Notes: generated from the sequence alone by a model not told the origin. A stretch of DNA of 62,891 nt, filler included, from Aduncisulcus paluster (GCA_024181965.1; 6 parts of 6 records of this genome joined end to end with filler, not necessarily neighbours in it), one strand, 5' to 3'; positions 1 through 11,385 are shown, counted from the whole stretch's first letter. Translations and numbers: made by a program.

Positions 1-3000
1 AGAGCAATATGGACAGTGTGATATGTGAGATACTTTTTCTATTGGACATAGGAATGTGTGAGAGCGTAAAAATTCTCCCGATAAAGAGTCAAAAGGCCGC
101 AAAAGATCATAATCAAGTAAATGTGAAATATCAGATAATTCTTTCTCTTGCATCCCTTTCCCTTTATCACACTCACACCCAATCCCACCACATTCAGAAG
201 CATGCTCCAATAATGGTACACAAGTGTGAGGATCTGAAGTTAACTTTGATTTATCCGTTTGACTTGACACTTTCCACCCAGCGAGTGCCAGGATAGCATT
301 CATAAGACGAGTCTGGATTCTGTGTTCAATTGAGTTAATAAAAGGCCCAGTTGAAGAAGTGATGTTCACAGGCCCCTTGCTGGGTATCTTCAGACTTGTG
401 GCTCTGCTCCCAAGTTCTACGCCAATAATTCGTTCAAGGAAGAAAAGCTGCAAGGCCAAATGTGGAGGAAGGAGAAGATGAGGAGAAGTAGAGGGAGACT
501 CTTCGGAACAGGGTTCAAAGTAGCCCATTTTTTGACATTTTGTCCGTTTAGATCTTTCAATTTCTTGCTTTTTTTTCAACTTTTCACTATTCCACGTCCG
601 TTTACACGACTTTTCAAATTGAGTCCAATCCCAAACACAAGCCTCACCACATTTAAAAAGGACATGAGAATTTCTAAATTTAGAACAACCAGATTGATCA
701 GGATTCTGAACAGTTTCACATATATATCCAGCACAAATCCTCAAAACGTTGGCCATCAAATAACGACACAAAGCCGACCAATTTGTACAAATGTGCAGCG
801 GGAGAGGAAGATGTGAAGGAATAGGAGAATAACAAGTAACATAACGTTCATGATGGTAGGGCATTGATTGACCATAAACTTGTTCATCAATATCCATAAG
901 AGATAGGCCTCCAACACGTGCATGCATCGACGCAGGAGGTGCTTGACGAACTTCTCCAATGCTTGCACATGAACAAACAACATCTCTGAGCAGCCATAAA
1001 GTAAATGAAAGCATTTTCCTTGGGATATGAAGAAGAGAGCGAGACAAGGAGAAACACAAAGAAAGTGCGAGCTTCTTCTTCAAACGTACAGATCTTATCA
1101 GAATAGACAAGGCAGCTGAGAGAGATAAAATGACACCATGAGCAGTCATTGACAAGCTAGACAAGCTGTTTGGAGGGATGGACACCGGATGTTCTTCAGA
1201 TTTAGTATGTCTTTCTCTTGAAGTAGAAGAATACCATTCCCGAATCTGTCTCTCTTGTTCTATTCTTTCACACTCAGCTTGTCCAATCAATATCTCGAGA
1301 ACAGTGGGATCTACCATTACTCGTACCAGAGCATCGGCAAGAGGAACAACGTCTGAACATGGGAGAGCAACATCCATGAATGTACAAGTATGCGAGTGAA
1401 TGAGACGTAAAGTAGAGTAATCTTTCAGCTGTGCAGCGAAAAGACTTAAAGTATGATGTACAGCAAGTGTTTGATGATGAGTTGAAGGAATTGAAGTGAG
1501 AGACAGAGATAAAACAAGAGATAAAAAGGTTTGTTTAATCTTATTGCGAACAAGGGTCATAGATTCATTGCGAAGAGGGGCGATTCCAAATATAAGTTCA
1601 ACGGCCTCAGGTGACATTTGAGACAATACCAATGATATCAAACCTGGCATCAAAACCGTATTGGCATAGTGGAAATGGATAGTAACATCATTCACGGATA
1701 GCAATTCCTTATTCTCTCTAATCGTTTGTGAATCGCATGATGAAGAACGTTTAACATCAGAAGCAGAATTATCCGAAAGACTTCCACTCTTCTTCTTTCC
1801 CTTACTTTTTCTCCACCAGACCTGGAAACGTCGGTCAGCATTCTTTGCAACAGTACAGGAATACTCAAACAAAGAGAGAACACGAATCAATTGATCAAGA
1901 ATATATTGCATTTTATCGTTATCGTCCTTGATCATTTCCTTTTGATTGACACTCATATCAAGAGAACTCATTATCTTTGAACATTCGGAAGCAGAACACA
2001 ATTCAGGCAATAATACCTGTATTCTCCTTACAACTGACTCATCTTTTGCACAATCCCCATCTCCAATATCCCCACAAAGAATACCTTTGTTTGTCAATAA
2101 AAAGAGGCAAGTTGTAGCGACATGAGTCAAAATTGAGGGATATTTCTTGATAATAGATGATATCGATTTCCTTTCAATCAATAACTCACAGAAATGTAAA
2201 TATTTACACATAATACCTGCATCTCGGATCAACTCAGGGTACCAATGTGAAGATTCCTCTGATGATGAACACAGATTCCAGAATTTCACAAGTAATCGAG
2301 TAAATAACAGCAATCCAATTTGAGATTTAGGAATACCATTAGTTGGCAAAAGAACAAAAGTTGAAGAACTGAAAGATGGTTCTTCTTCTTCTTCTTCTTC
2401 TTCTTCACACAAAACACATTCACACGCCTTAGAAAACATAACTTTCACGGCTTCTTTGAAATATTCTTTGCCTTTAGAAACAGAACACAATGAAAGAGTA
2501 ACCCAGCTTGCTACAGTGGTGCTTGGGAGTTCTTCTTCTTTCTTTGGACATATGATATCTTGCAGAAGGCGATTCGAAATATTCTTCAACACTTCAAACC
2601 GATCAACTTCAACAGGCGTAGCCGTCGAATCCATCAAAATACCACCATGGACCTGTTCTTTGTCTGGGTATGATAACCACTTCACAAGCCATTCATGAAC
2701 AGCAACAAAGTCAGAATCACCAATCTTTGAGAAAACATCCATAAGGAAGATCTCAATGGGTTCGAAGGTTGTAATATTTGAGAGAAGGAAAGATGTGAGA
2801 ACGTCAAGGAGTCGTAAGAGCTCAGTTAGAAGCGGTGTACGATATTCTGGAGGTAAATGACATAAATGGAGTGAGAATATCAGTCCAAGAGGCGTTGAGA
2901 GTTCATTTAATATGGATTTCTCATCTTTAGAGTGGTCAGATGCAATCACCTCTCCTTCTTCACGATTCTTATGATCCCAAGGACTAAATAAACTCACTCC

Positions 3001-4800
3001 TCTTCCCTCTCTTTCTTCTTCTTCTCTTTCTTCTTCTTCTTCTCTTTCTTCTTCTTCTTCATCCTTTGTCCGTGCCCCATGCTCAGCCTGTTGTTCTTCT
3101 GTTCCATACGATTCACGTTTATCCTTCAAATGTTTCAACATATTGGCTCTTCGTTTGATAATGGAGGAGACAAAATAACTAATAGCCGGAAGATAACAAG
3201 AGAATACAAACGTTCCATTACTGCCATGGGAAAGGGCATCGAGGACCTGAGTCACATCGTGCATATAGATATTTAATGGTGGCATAAATTTACAATCTGA
3301 ATGGTGACCATCTTTCCCTTTCATTTTTTTCATCATCTTATCGGTATAATTTGAAGAATCTATACTATGAAACCATTCTTCTTCTCTTCTCACCATCCTA
3401 GAGCTGAGCCATTCATAAAGAGATGTCTCGATCCCGATGGCAAGACGCTCACTGACTCCTAAACATACGCCTTCATGTTGGTTTTTATAGTCGGTGGATG
3501 CAGGGAGAGCAGAGGAAGAGGAGAGGAAAGAGATGAGATGATCAAGGAAGAACGAAGAGGGCAGAAATGAGGAAGGGAAAGGAATCTGAGGTAAAGGGAT
3601 AGAGAAACTCTTATCAATTTGAGAATGAGAATCTTGTGGACTTATCTGCTGCTCGACAGCTTCACAGGGAATGCCAGATAATTTATCTTTCTTCATTTCC
3701 CCAACTTCTTCACCTTCTCCGGCTTCAGTTTCTTCCATTCTATTCCTCTTTTTCTCCTGCCGTTCCATTCTTTTCCTCATTTTCATTGCTTTCCACCCTT
3801 CTTTGCCATTCTTTTTGTTTCCATTACCTTTACGACAAGTAGTATCAAGTGATGAAGCTGAATCAGATGTTCCTATTGAAATCGAATCCCATCCATCTCC
3901 ACCTCGCACGACAAAGCGATCCTTATTATCAATAGATGTCCGTGAAAACGATGCTTTCTCGAGAGATTTCCACCGTTCCTCGCAGCCACAGAGAAGCCAC
4001 ACACAGGCTCTACGAACTTCTATGTTCTCATTCTCCATCCATCGAATAATGAGCGCTGTCCAAATACCAGGACGCACGAGCATAGATACTGGAGCAGAGA
4101 GCAGATACACGGAGAGAGAGGAAAGAGTTGGAAGGATGACATGACTATCATAATCCAGAAGAGTGGATAAAGACTGTAAAAAGGCTGAGTATACCAATTG
4201 AATGGTACCAATCATTGACAATATGGACGTGTCCTGGTATTCTTTGGGATTTGCTAAGAGAATACGAGATATAAGAGAAGTTGACGGAATATTCGAGGAA
4301 GAACATAGCGAATTCACCGCAGACTCGTATAGATGTATACTTCTACGCATCGTCATTGCTGTGGCACCTCTTCGAAGTGGAAGAGAAAAAGATGCCTCCA
4401 ATAAATCCCAGAAATACGATAGAGATATACACTTGATATTATCATGGACAGAAGAACCTATTGCTGTCCAAATACTTACACATCGATCAATTCCAACAAA
4501 TATTATACTTCCTTCAGTGAGTTTTTGCTCATTTTTGGTTGAATATGTCGAAAGGATAAAGAAAGGTGCCAACTCGGGAGAAATGACACTAAAGTATTTC
4601 TTTTCAATCAAATGACGTTGTTTAGCATCAGAAATATCCCATGTTTGGATTATTTTTGCGATTGAAGAATGTATCTCAGTTTTAACATAATCACTTAGGA
4701 CAAAGCCACTAAAATCAATATCTCGCACCAAAGGGTCTATATTTTCAAACAATTTTTCGATTGAATGGAAGGATAAATCAAATTTAGGCTCTTCCAGCAT
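1..4800 (-). CDS. Large hypothetical protein (>=1600 aa), runs off the left edge; absent from the ORF track
   Basis: ATG at 4800 (MLEEPKFDLSFHSIEKLFENIDP...). The minus frame had no stop in any stretch I checked down to position 1. Leu/Ser-rich helical segments with acidic/basic linkers; no family recognised. Confidence 0.75.
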   Translation of the reverse strand, partial: MLEEPKFDLSFHSIEKLFENIDPLVRDIDFSGFVLSDYVKTEIHSSIAKIIQTWDISDAKQRHLIEKKYFSVISPELAPFFILSTYSTKNEQKLTEGSIIFVGIDRCVSIWTAIGSSVHDNIKCISLSYFWDLLEASFSLPLRRGATAMTMRRSIHLYESAVNSLCSSSNIPSTSLISRILLANPKEYQDTSILSMIGTIQLVYSAFLQSLSTLLDYDSHVILPTLSSLSVYLLSAPVSMLVRPGIWTALIIRWMENENIEVRRACVWLLCGCEERWKSLEKASFSRTSIDNKDRFVVRGGDGWDSISIGTSDSASSLDTTCRKGNGNKKNGKEGWKAMKMRKRMERQEKKRNRMEETEAGEGEEVGEMKKDKLSGIPCEAVEQQISPQDSHSQIDKSFSIPLPQIPFPSSFLPSSFFLDHLISFLSSSSALPASTDYKNQHEGVCLGVSERLAIGIETSLYEWLSSRMVRREEEWFHSIDSSNYTDKMMKKMKGKDGHHSDCKFMPPLNIYMHDVTQVLDALSHGSNGTFVFSCYLPAISYFVSSIIKRRANMLKHLKDKRESYGTEEQQAEHGARTKDEEEEEREEEEEREEEEREGRGVSLFSPWDHKNREEGEVIASDHSKDEKSILNELSTPLGLIFSLHLCHLPPEYRTPLLTELLRLLDVLTSFLLSNITTFEPIEIFLMDVFSKIGDSDFVAVHEWLVKWLSYPDKEQVHGGILMDSTATPVEVDRFEVLKNISNRLLQDIICPKKEEELPSTTVASWVTLSLCSVSKGKEYFKEAVKVMFSKACECVLCEEEEEEEEEPSFSSSTFVLLPTNGIPKSQIGLLLFTRLLVKFWNLCSSSEESSHWYPELIRDAGIMCKYLHFCELLIERKSISSIIKKYPSILTHVATTCLFLLTNKGILCGDIGDGDCAKDESVVRRIQVLLPELCSASECSKIMSSLDMSVNQKEMIKDDNDKMQYILDQLIRVLSLFEYSCTVAKNADRRFQVWWRKSKGKKKSGSLSDNSASDVKRSSSCDSQTIRENKELLSVNDVTIHFHYANTVLMPGLISLVLSQMSPEAVELIFGIAPLRNESMTLVRNKIKQTFLSLVLSLSLTSIPSTHHQTLAVHHTLSLFAAQLKDYSTLRLIHSHTCTFMDVALPCSDVVPLADALVRVMVDPTVLEILIGQAECERIEQERQIREWYSSTSRERHTKSEEHPVSIPPNSLSSLSMTAHGVILSLSAALSILIRSVRLKKKLALSLCFSLSRSLLHIPRKMLSFTLWLLRDVVCSCASIGEVRQAPPASMHARVGGLSLMDIDEQVYGQSMPYHHERYVTCYSPIPSHLPLPLHICTNWSALCRYLMANVLRICAGYICETVQNPDQSGCSKFRNSHVLFKCGEACVWDWTQFEKSCKRTWNSEKLKKKQEIERSKRTKCQKMGYFEPCSEESPSTSPHLLLPPHLALQLFFLERIIGVELGSRATSLKIPSKGPVNITSSTGPFINSIEHRIQTRLMNAILALAGWKVSSQTDKSKLTSDPHTCVPLLEHASECGGIGCECDKGKGMQEKELSDISHLLDYDLLRPFDSLSGEFLRSHTFLCPIEKVSHISHCPYCS

Positions 4801-4957
4801 TCAATTCACTCAAAACAGTGGTGATGCCGTAATTAAAGCCTGAATTATAATATTACATATGTATGGGATACTATCAAAAGAGAACACGATGGGTAAAATA
4901 TTATACCGTCGATCAGTCATTGATTTAATACGGTGTAAACGATACATTTGTTTTAAT

Positions 4958-5829
4958 TTATTTCCCCATTCCTTTGCCTTCCTCTCCTTTTAATAAGTGT
5001 GATTTATGTTTTGAAGAGGGTTTCATGGGTTTTTTATCCTTAACTTTCAATTTGGTCTTGCCACGTTTCCTCGATTCTTTCTTCTTCACAGACTTCATAA
5101 TCGAATGAATTGAATCAACAGTAGTTTTTAATTCTTTCTCAAATGCAAGTTTTTTCATCTGTTCTTGCTGTATATCCCTCTTCCTTCCTTTCTCTTTTGC
5201 TTTCTGTTGGAGAGTTTCAGCAAGCTTTGCCTTTTTTTCTTTTTCAAGATCAATAACCCTATTTCCTTTAGCATCAATAAAATAATCCTTAGAATGTCGT
5301 TTCTTATTTCTTCTTTCATCCTCTAACAGCTGGCGTCTAAATCCAGCTTTCCCTCCTTCCAACTTGCGAAATACTGATACGNNNNNNNNNNNNNNNNNNN
5401 NTTTAATTCTTTCTCAAATGCAAGTTTTTTCATCTGTTCTTGCTGTATATCCCTCTTCCTTCCTTTCTCTTTTGCTTTCTGTTGGAGAGTTTCAGCAAGC
5501 TTTGCCTTTTTTTCTTTTTCAAGATCAATAACCCTATTTCCTTTAGCATCAATAAAATAATCCTTAGAATGTCGTTTCTTATTTCTTCTTGCATCCTCTA
5601 ACAGCTGGCGTCTAAATCCAGCTTTCCCTCCTTCCAACTTGCGAAATACTGATACGTCACAGATGTTATCATACAAACTAATATAATGTGAAGAAGTAAA
5701 GAATTTATATTGCGATAAAATATGAGGCAGATTTAGAATAAAGCGTCTGAATTGATTTGCAGCTATATCAAAGTCATATGTTATTTTTCGCGAAAAAATA
5801 AGTCTGATATGTTTTTTATCGATATTCAT
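4958..5829 (-). CDS. Hypothetical protein with Lys-rich C-terminus; one gene split by a gap with duplicated flanks
   Basis: ORFs 5323-5829 and 4958-5362 share a 255-bp duplicated block (5127-5381 / 5402-5656) around a 20-N gap. Confidence 0.65.
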
Positions 5830-6206
5830 TGAAATATCACGAAAGAGTTGAGAACATTGCTCACAAAATACGTACCTAATACTATTTCAATTTCAGGGCC
5901 TTAGGGGCCGTGTCAGGCTGACCGCCGGCGGGTGTTGACTTAACCTAATCGGACGTAATGCGGGGCTTTCAACCTTCCAGACAAGATGTTGTGAAAATTA
6001 CCATTCGAGATTTACTCAATAAATATGGTCATATAACAAAATATAATCATATAATAAAAACATTAATTCTCAAACGTTCTCTTCAATTAAAATTTCAATA
6101 ATAAAACAATTCAGTACAAGGAATATTAACTATTACAAAAAAGAAAACAAGAATGTACGAAACAAAACCTAGATAAACAAAGGAAAGATTCATCTCAAGC
6201 CTTCAA

Positions 6207-7409
6207 TTACATGTAAGGACTTCCAGCTCCCATTTGTTGAGATTGGGGTGAATACATCATGGGTTGCTGGGCCATCATGGGTTGTTGAGGCATCATCTGA
6301 GGAGGAGCCATAGGATTACCCATCATTGGAGGAGCAGGGCTCATTGGTTGTGAGTTGTCTGATGTAATGCTGCTAACTTGTTTCATAGCCTTACAGAAAC
6401 AGACAATGACCATAACAAGAGCAACATTGACCAATACCCAGACACAGATAATGACAATACCAACAATCAAGGTAGTGTGACCATCATCTCCAAGAGTTCC
6501 TCCAAACTCAACCAAATAACGACCACATGCATCATCGAAGGAAGTCACGTGGAGGTCGATGAGATCAGAAGGCATATATTCGAGGTCACCACAATATGTG
6601 TCATCACTGTAGTCCTTGTTCATGTAATCATATCCACTAACTTCAGTAGTTTTTTCAGCGAGGAAGACAGAATTATCAATTTGGTAGATATACTCAAGGT
6701 CTGGGAATGTGAAATTAGTGAAAGAATCATTAGGATCAATGATAAGATTAACAAGAGTATAAGCAGACCACTTGGCGCAAATTAATTCAGCGTAATGATA
6801 AGCGTCAGCAGAGTATCTCTGGCATAGGAACTCAGAAGAATAGCATGATTCACCTGTATCGATAGTCCTTGGGGAATAAACAACAGGAACAGCATAGCCA
6901 TAGCTTTTTGTCACAGCGGTGTTTGTGTTTTTGAAGGAGAGGTCGTAGTAAGTAGTCCCAGTGATAGGGGGAGAAGAATAGGCACTATTAGACGTAAAAG
7001 CAGTCTTAAGATAGTTATGCATGATGGTATCACCAGAATATCCGCGATTGACGAGGGCTTCCATGTCTTCAGGAGTGATGGGACATGTAGTCTGTACAGT
7101 TTCAAAATCGTTGTAGCCAACGCTGTATAAATTTTCAAGAGGATCGATCAAGCCCACAGATAAGTAAAACGCAGACTCTTTAAGGTCAGAAGCAGAAGAG
7201 GAGGCAGACTTTTGAACAATGTTATAGAATTTGTCAACATTAACTTCAAAATCAGCCTTACTTGAGCGAGACACTGCAATACAAATAATTCCAACAGCTA
7301 AGGTAACAACCCATATGATAATTACCGTGATGAGACATCCACAGGGACTAGTTTTTGTCGTTGTGACAGTTCTCCTTCTAGGATCATGATGCATAGTAAT
7401 TCCAACCAT
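6207..7409 (-). CDS. Hypothetical membrane protein, two TM helices, Pro/Gln/Met-rich cytoplasmic tail
   Basis: 400-aa ORF with hydrophobic segments LITVIIIWVVTLAVGIICIAV and LIVGIVIICVWVLVNVALVMVIVCF. Confidence 0.8.
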   Translation of the reverse strand: MVGITMHHDPRRRTVTTTKTSPCGCLITVIIIWVVTLAVGIICIAVSRSSKADFEVNVDKFYNIVQKSASSSASDLKESAFYLSVGLIDPLENLYSVGYNDFETVQTTCPITPEDMEALVNRGYSGDTIMHNYLKTAFTSNSAYSSPPITGTTYYDLSFKNTNTAVTKSYGYAVPVVYSPRTIDTGESCYSSEFLCQRYSADAYHYAELICAKWSAYTLVNLIIDPNDSFTNFTFPDLEYIYQIDNSVFLAEKTTEVSGYDYMNKDYSDDTYCGDLEYMPSDLIDLHVTSFDDACGRYLVEFGGTLGDDGHTTLIVGIVIICVWVLVNVALVMVIVCFCKAMKQVSSITSDNSQPMSPAPPMMGNPMAPPQMMPQQPMMAQQPMMYSPQSQQMGAGSPYM

Positions 7410-7863
7410 TATAAATTATTAAGCTTCAAAAAACAAAAAAACAAAATGATTTACGAGCGCAGGTGGCGAAGAAAACATCTTGGATATTTTTGGCAATATC
7501 AGAGTATAAGAATTTCTCTAAATAAAAATTGAAAGCAATAAAATCGCATCTAGACCAAAAGAAATTTATTATTCTTGGCATTTTTTTTTACTATTTCACC
7601 TGACCAGTGAAATGCGGCCATTCAAAAATAACGAAAGGTGAATATTTCGATACTGTTCAAATAAAATAATATTAAAACTATTTATCTATATTAATAAATT
7701 ATAAAAATTCTTTTTAATGCAGTAATATTTATAATATATATTTAGGTAGTTTTAAAAAATATATTATTTCGATATTTCTAAAATTCTACTATTAAATCTT
7801 GAGTTTTTTATTACACAGAAATATTTTTTCCTGTTGGGACACGTGTCTTGATTAGATTTTAAT

Positions 7864-8289
7864 ATGGCTGTTTCTAAATCTGCCCCTAAATCCCGTTCTG
7901 CCCGTGCTGGTCTTCAGTTCCCTGTTGGTCGTATCCACCGTTTCTTGAAGGATGGACGTTATGCCGACCGTATTGGTGCTGGTGCTCCCGTTTTCCTTGC
8001 CTCTGTTCTTGAGTACGTTGTTGCTGAAGTTCTCGAGCTTGCTGGTCGTTGTGCCAAGCAACACACCAGACAGCGTATTGTCCCCAGACACATCATGCTC
8101 GCTCTTAAGAACGATCCTGAGTTGGGTAAGCTCTTTGATGATATCATCATCCCTGGTGGTGGTGTTCTCCCATACATCCACCCTCAGCTCCGTCCCGCTA
8201 CTAAGGGAGGAAAGGGTAAAGGTAAAGGTAAGGGAAAAGGTAAGGGTAAGGGTAAAGGAAAGGGTAAGGGCATGAGCCAAGAACTCTAA
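7864..8289 (+). CDS. H2A: Histone H2A, H2A.X-like (C-terminal SQEL)
   Basis: [34 protein letters not shown] and GGVLPYIH histone-fold motifs; ends (KG)10-MSQEL. Confidence 0.97.
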   Translation: MAVSKSAPKSRSARAGLQFPVGRIHRFLKDGRYADRIGAGAPVFLASVLEYVVAEVLELAGRCAKQHTRQRIVPRHIMLALKNDPELGKLFDDIIIPGGGVLPYIHPQLRPATKGGKGKGKGKGKGKGKGKGKGKGMSQEL

Positions 8290-8347
8290 GCTCCTTAGCT
8301 TAACTATACTTTATTATCAAAACCATTTGATTTAATATTTTTCAAGT

Positions 8348-8363
8348 GGTGTTTATAAACACC
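8348..8363 (+). promoter_or_regulatory. Candidate histone mRNA 3' stem-loop
   Basis: GGTGTT-TATA-AACACC: 6-bp stem, 4-nt loop, GG/CC base, 58 nt after the H2A stop. Confidence 0.65.
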
Positions 8364-8564
8364 ATTGTTATTATTTAAGAACCCAACCATTCTATGATTG
8401 ATCACCTTAGTAATACCCAAAATATTTGGGAAAAAAAACAAGGTATTGAGAAAATATTAACAAAGTTCCAAGAAAAAAAGGATTATCTTCCATTTAAAGA
8501 GTGTCCAAAATTGCAGAAACAAAAACAAAAACTTTTTTTTTTTTCCTGTGATTTAAGAGGATCA

Positions 8565-9032
8565 ATGGGTTGCATTCCATCAAAAACAGAGAAAACAGAA
8601 AATAATATCGAACCTAAGAAGGTTTGCACTGTTGGCGATGATTCTAGTGAGCCAATACCGCAAAAAGAAAAATCTTTAGAAATTGATGAATCTAGCTCTG
8701 AGGGGGAAATAGAAGAGCCTAAAACTCCCCAAAAAGTATCAGTTATTTCAAATAAGACTTCAATCATGGTCGAAAGTGTCGATACTCCAAAATCAGAGAC
8801 ACAACGTAAAGAACCGGTTGTTGAATTGTTTCTTGACAAATCTAGTCCCAAAACACCAGAAAAAGGGGAAATAGCGATGGAAATTACCGTTCAAAAACAG
8901 GAACCGAAGACTCCAAAACCTCTTCCCCCAGGAGTTTTCAAACCATCCTCCACTTCGTTTGGACTTGTCGTCGACCAATCCCATCCGAGTGAGGGTTTAG
9001 AAAGAACGCCAGAGATTGAAGGAGAAAAATAG
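8565..9032 (+). CDS. Small charged protein with N-terminal MGCxxS myristoylation/palmitoylation motif
   Basis: Internal ATG at 8565 gives MGCIPSK. The upstream part of ORF 8394 is A/T-run intergenic-like sequence. Confidence 0.65.
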   Translation: MGCIPSKTEKTENNIEPKKVCTVGDDSSEPIPQKEKSLEIDESSSEGEIEEPKTPQKVSVISNKTSIMVESVDTPKSETQRKEPVVELFLDKSSPKTPEKGEIAMEITVQKQEPKTPKPLPPGVFKPSSTSFGLVVDQSHPSEGLERTPEIEGEK

Positions 9033-9446
9033 ATTATTGTTGGTGCTCGATTCGTTTTTCTTTCCACATTGTCAACAATATCTCAATCATAAATTTGATT
9101 TTTTTATTATTATTGTTATATTCTCATTATAAGTGGTTTGGGTGTTACAATTGCCCCAAAAATAAGCGTTAAACAGTTGTAGCATAAATAATTTTCCACT
9201 TTTTTTTTGAGAAATATCTTGGCTCTCCTTAGTTTTGTATAATCTTATCTTTCACATGATTCAGTGTCGTTTTATATTCATTTTATATATTAGTTTGATT
9301 TTAATATTACTATAGCTAAAATAAATGGCTTGATTTCAATCTCCAAACTGATTTTCTACAGATTAGTTCTTTTGTTTCACTCGAAAAGTGTTCTTAAAAT
9401 GACAATAGATTCTCACACAAAGTATAAATCTATAAATAGATTTCGA

Positions 9447-11195
9447 TTACAACTTACTCGATTTATCCCCATGGATCCAAATATCAAAATATTTCGAAGA
9501 CATTTCACGTTCAATCTCATCCCAATGGTTTCTCATCTCCCTTCTTCTTACTTCGATCCTATTGGAATCTTGATCAATAATGAATCTGAGCTTTTCGATC
9601 TCACACCAATTATAACCTCCCCACGACGAGACGCAAGAAATCGTACACTTTACGACATTTTTAATGCCCACGTGCAATGAATGCCAATTGAGCCCACTCA
9701 TTTCAATAAAACGAAAAGGAATAGTCTTGGAATGCCCTTCTTCCGTTATAAATGTCACATCAAGGTCTTTAGGTTGATTCTGATGGAACCCATCGAAGTC
9801 AACATAACTTCCATGGGCACAAAGCAACAATTCACTCAGACACCAAGGTGTATGGAAAGGAATATCTATAGTGTATAAATTAACACCGCTTGATTGTGCA
9901 CTCATCGAGAAAAGAAGTGGGAAATCAGATGGATCAGGATTATCAACGAATGAACCTTTGAACCCAGAGACGTCAACGCGTGCCATTGATGATGCAGAGG
10001 AAGGAATGGATGGTAGAATGCCGGAATAGATATGAGGGAGAGAAGAAGGAGGAATCGATAAATCTCGACAGGCACTGAGAACATACTGAGTGTCAACAAC
10101 ATGAGCACATCTCATCTTTTCAGTCCTCTTCTTTTCCTTTTGGTCCCATAATAATTCTGCTTTATAAGCTTCATCGCTTCCCATTGTGAATAGTAAGGAA
10201 TGCATAGACCCATAGTTATAGCCGCCCCAACAAGACCTACATCTGACATGGCACTCAATCATCCTTATTCCGGCAATCTCATCACATGGCCGAAGGAGAT
10301 GCCAATAACAAACTCCCTTGAACTCCTTCGAATCATGGAGCTGAAGGATTGTGAATTCACATGGAAATAGTTCTCCATCAACGCTTTTGAATATAAAATC
10401 CATTTCTTTGGGTCCCCATATTCCCGTTCTAGCACACATAAAAACACTACCAACCGTGTGGGGTTCGTGAAAATGAATATCCAACGACTCAAAGAATAGA
10501 TTGCCTCCTTCGACCAAAAACTTATCCAAATGATGATCCGAGTAACTAAATGACAACACGGCAGTGTCTTTTGGAATAAAAAAAGAAATAATTGAAGGAT
10601 CACTTCGAAACACAGGGGGGTTACTGGGATTTCCTTGAGCGACAGTCTCACTCAACTTCACCCGCAAAGATCGGGCCTCTTCTTCTATTTTCGCTTGAAT
10701 ATAGCATTTCTCGGCCAAAACAAACAAAATACTTTCCAAAAAACACTGAGAATCACCTTTCTGATTTTCGACAGAAACAATTTCAGCATAGACAATATTG
10801 TCAATTCCAACATCTAAATAATACCATTCTGCACATTTCATCTCAGGAATGGAATAAAAGCATTCATGAATTTTTGATTGAGGGGTATGGAACCGAAAAG
10901 TCATTTTCATAGGATAAGAAAAGCTAGATGAGACACAAATATATATTCCATGGAGTGATATCGGTGATTTTCCAAAAGAGAAGTGGAGGGATTTAAAACA
11001 GAGTTCACTAAAACCACGTATAAAAGAATGAAGGTGAGCCTCTCCATGTCCTTCGCCATAAACTCCTGATGACTCGGACAGTAGAGGTTGAATGATAGAT
11101 ACATCACAATGTTCAACAGGGGGATCGAATCTATCACCTTGGTGCGCCTTATACGCGATTCTAGCAGGAATCAAATCAACAGGTGAAGAGTCCAT
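9447..11195 (-). CDS. Lineage-expanded protein with three tandem beta-sandwich-like repeats
   Basis: 582 aa; recurring motif 'IYICV...P..M.F.F.....K...F......WY.L.V....V...I'. Distantly related to 40850-41956 and 54999-58007. Confidence 0.75.
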   Translation of the reverse strand: MDSSPVDLIPARIAYKAHQGDRFDPPVEHCDVSIIQPLLSESSGVYGEGHGEAHLHSFIRGFSELCFKSLHFSFGKSPISLHGIYICVSSSFSYPMKMTFRFHTPQSKIHECFYSIPEMKCAEWYYLDVGIDNIVYAEIVSVENQKGDSQCFLESILFVLAEKCYIQAKIEEEARSLRVKLSETVAQGNPSNPPVFRSDPSIISFFIPKDTAVLSFSYSDHHLDKFLVEGGNLFFESLDIHFHEPHTVGSVFMCARTGIWGPKEMDFIFKSVDGELFPCEFTILQLHDSKEFKGVCYWHLLRPCDEIAGIRMIECHVRCRSCWGGYNYGSMHSLLFTMGSDEAYKAELLWDQKEKKRTEKMRCAHVVDTQYVLSACRDLSIPPSSLPHIYSGILPSIPSSASSMARVDVSGFKGSFVDNPDPSDFPLLFSMSAQSSGVNLYTIDIPFHTPWCLSELLLCAHGSYVDFDGFHQNQPKDLDVTFITEEGHSKTIPFRFIEMSGLNWHSLHVGIKNVVKCTISCVSSWGGYNWCEIEKLRFIIDQDSNRIEVRRREMRNHWDEIEREMSSKYFDIWIHGDKSSKL

Positions 11196-11385
11196 AAAAG
11201 AGAGATAATAGAATAATAAATATTTTGATTAGCAAAACTGGTTGATATAATTTACCTCTTGGAAAATATTAATCCCATGAATCAAGAGAAAACCGTGATT
11301 ATTCTGAATTGGATGAATAAGACTTAATATCAACCATCTTTTATACATTATATAAAGAAGTTTTAAAATCATAACGATTTAAATT

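Noticed and set aside
9..4615. Many short plus-strand ORFs in the first 4.6 kb
   Set aside because: They are antisense to one long minus-strand CDS that the ORF track missed because it runs off the edge.
5950..5975. GCGGGGCT as the RNase MRP CR-V motif
   Set aside because: No matching GAAAGTCCCC-type CR-I upstream on the same strand.
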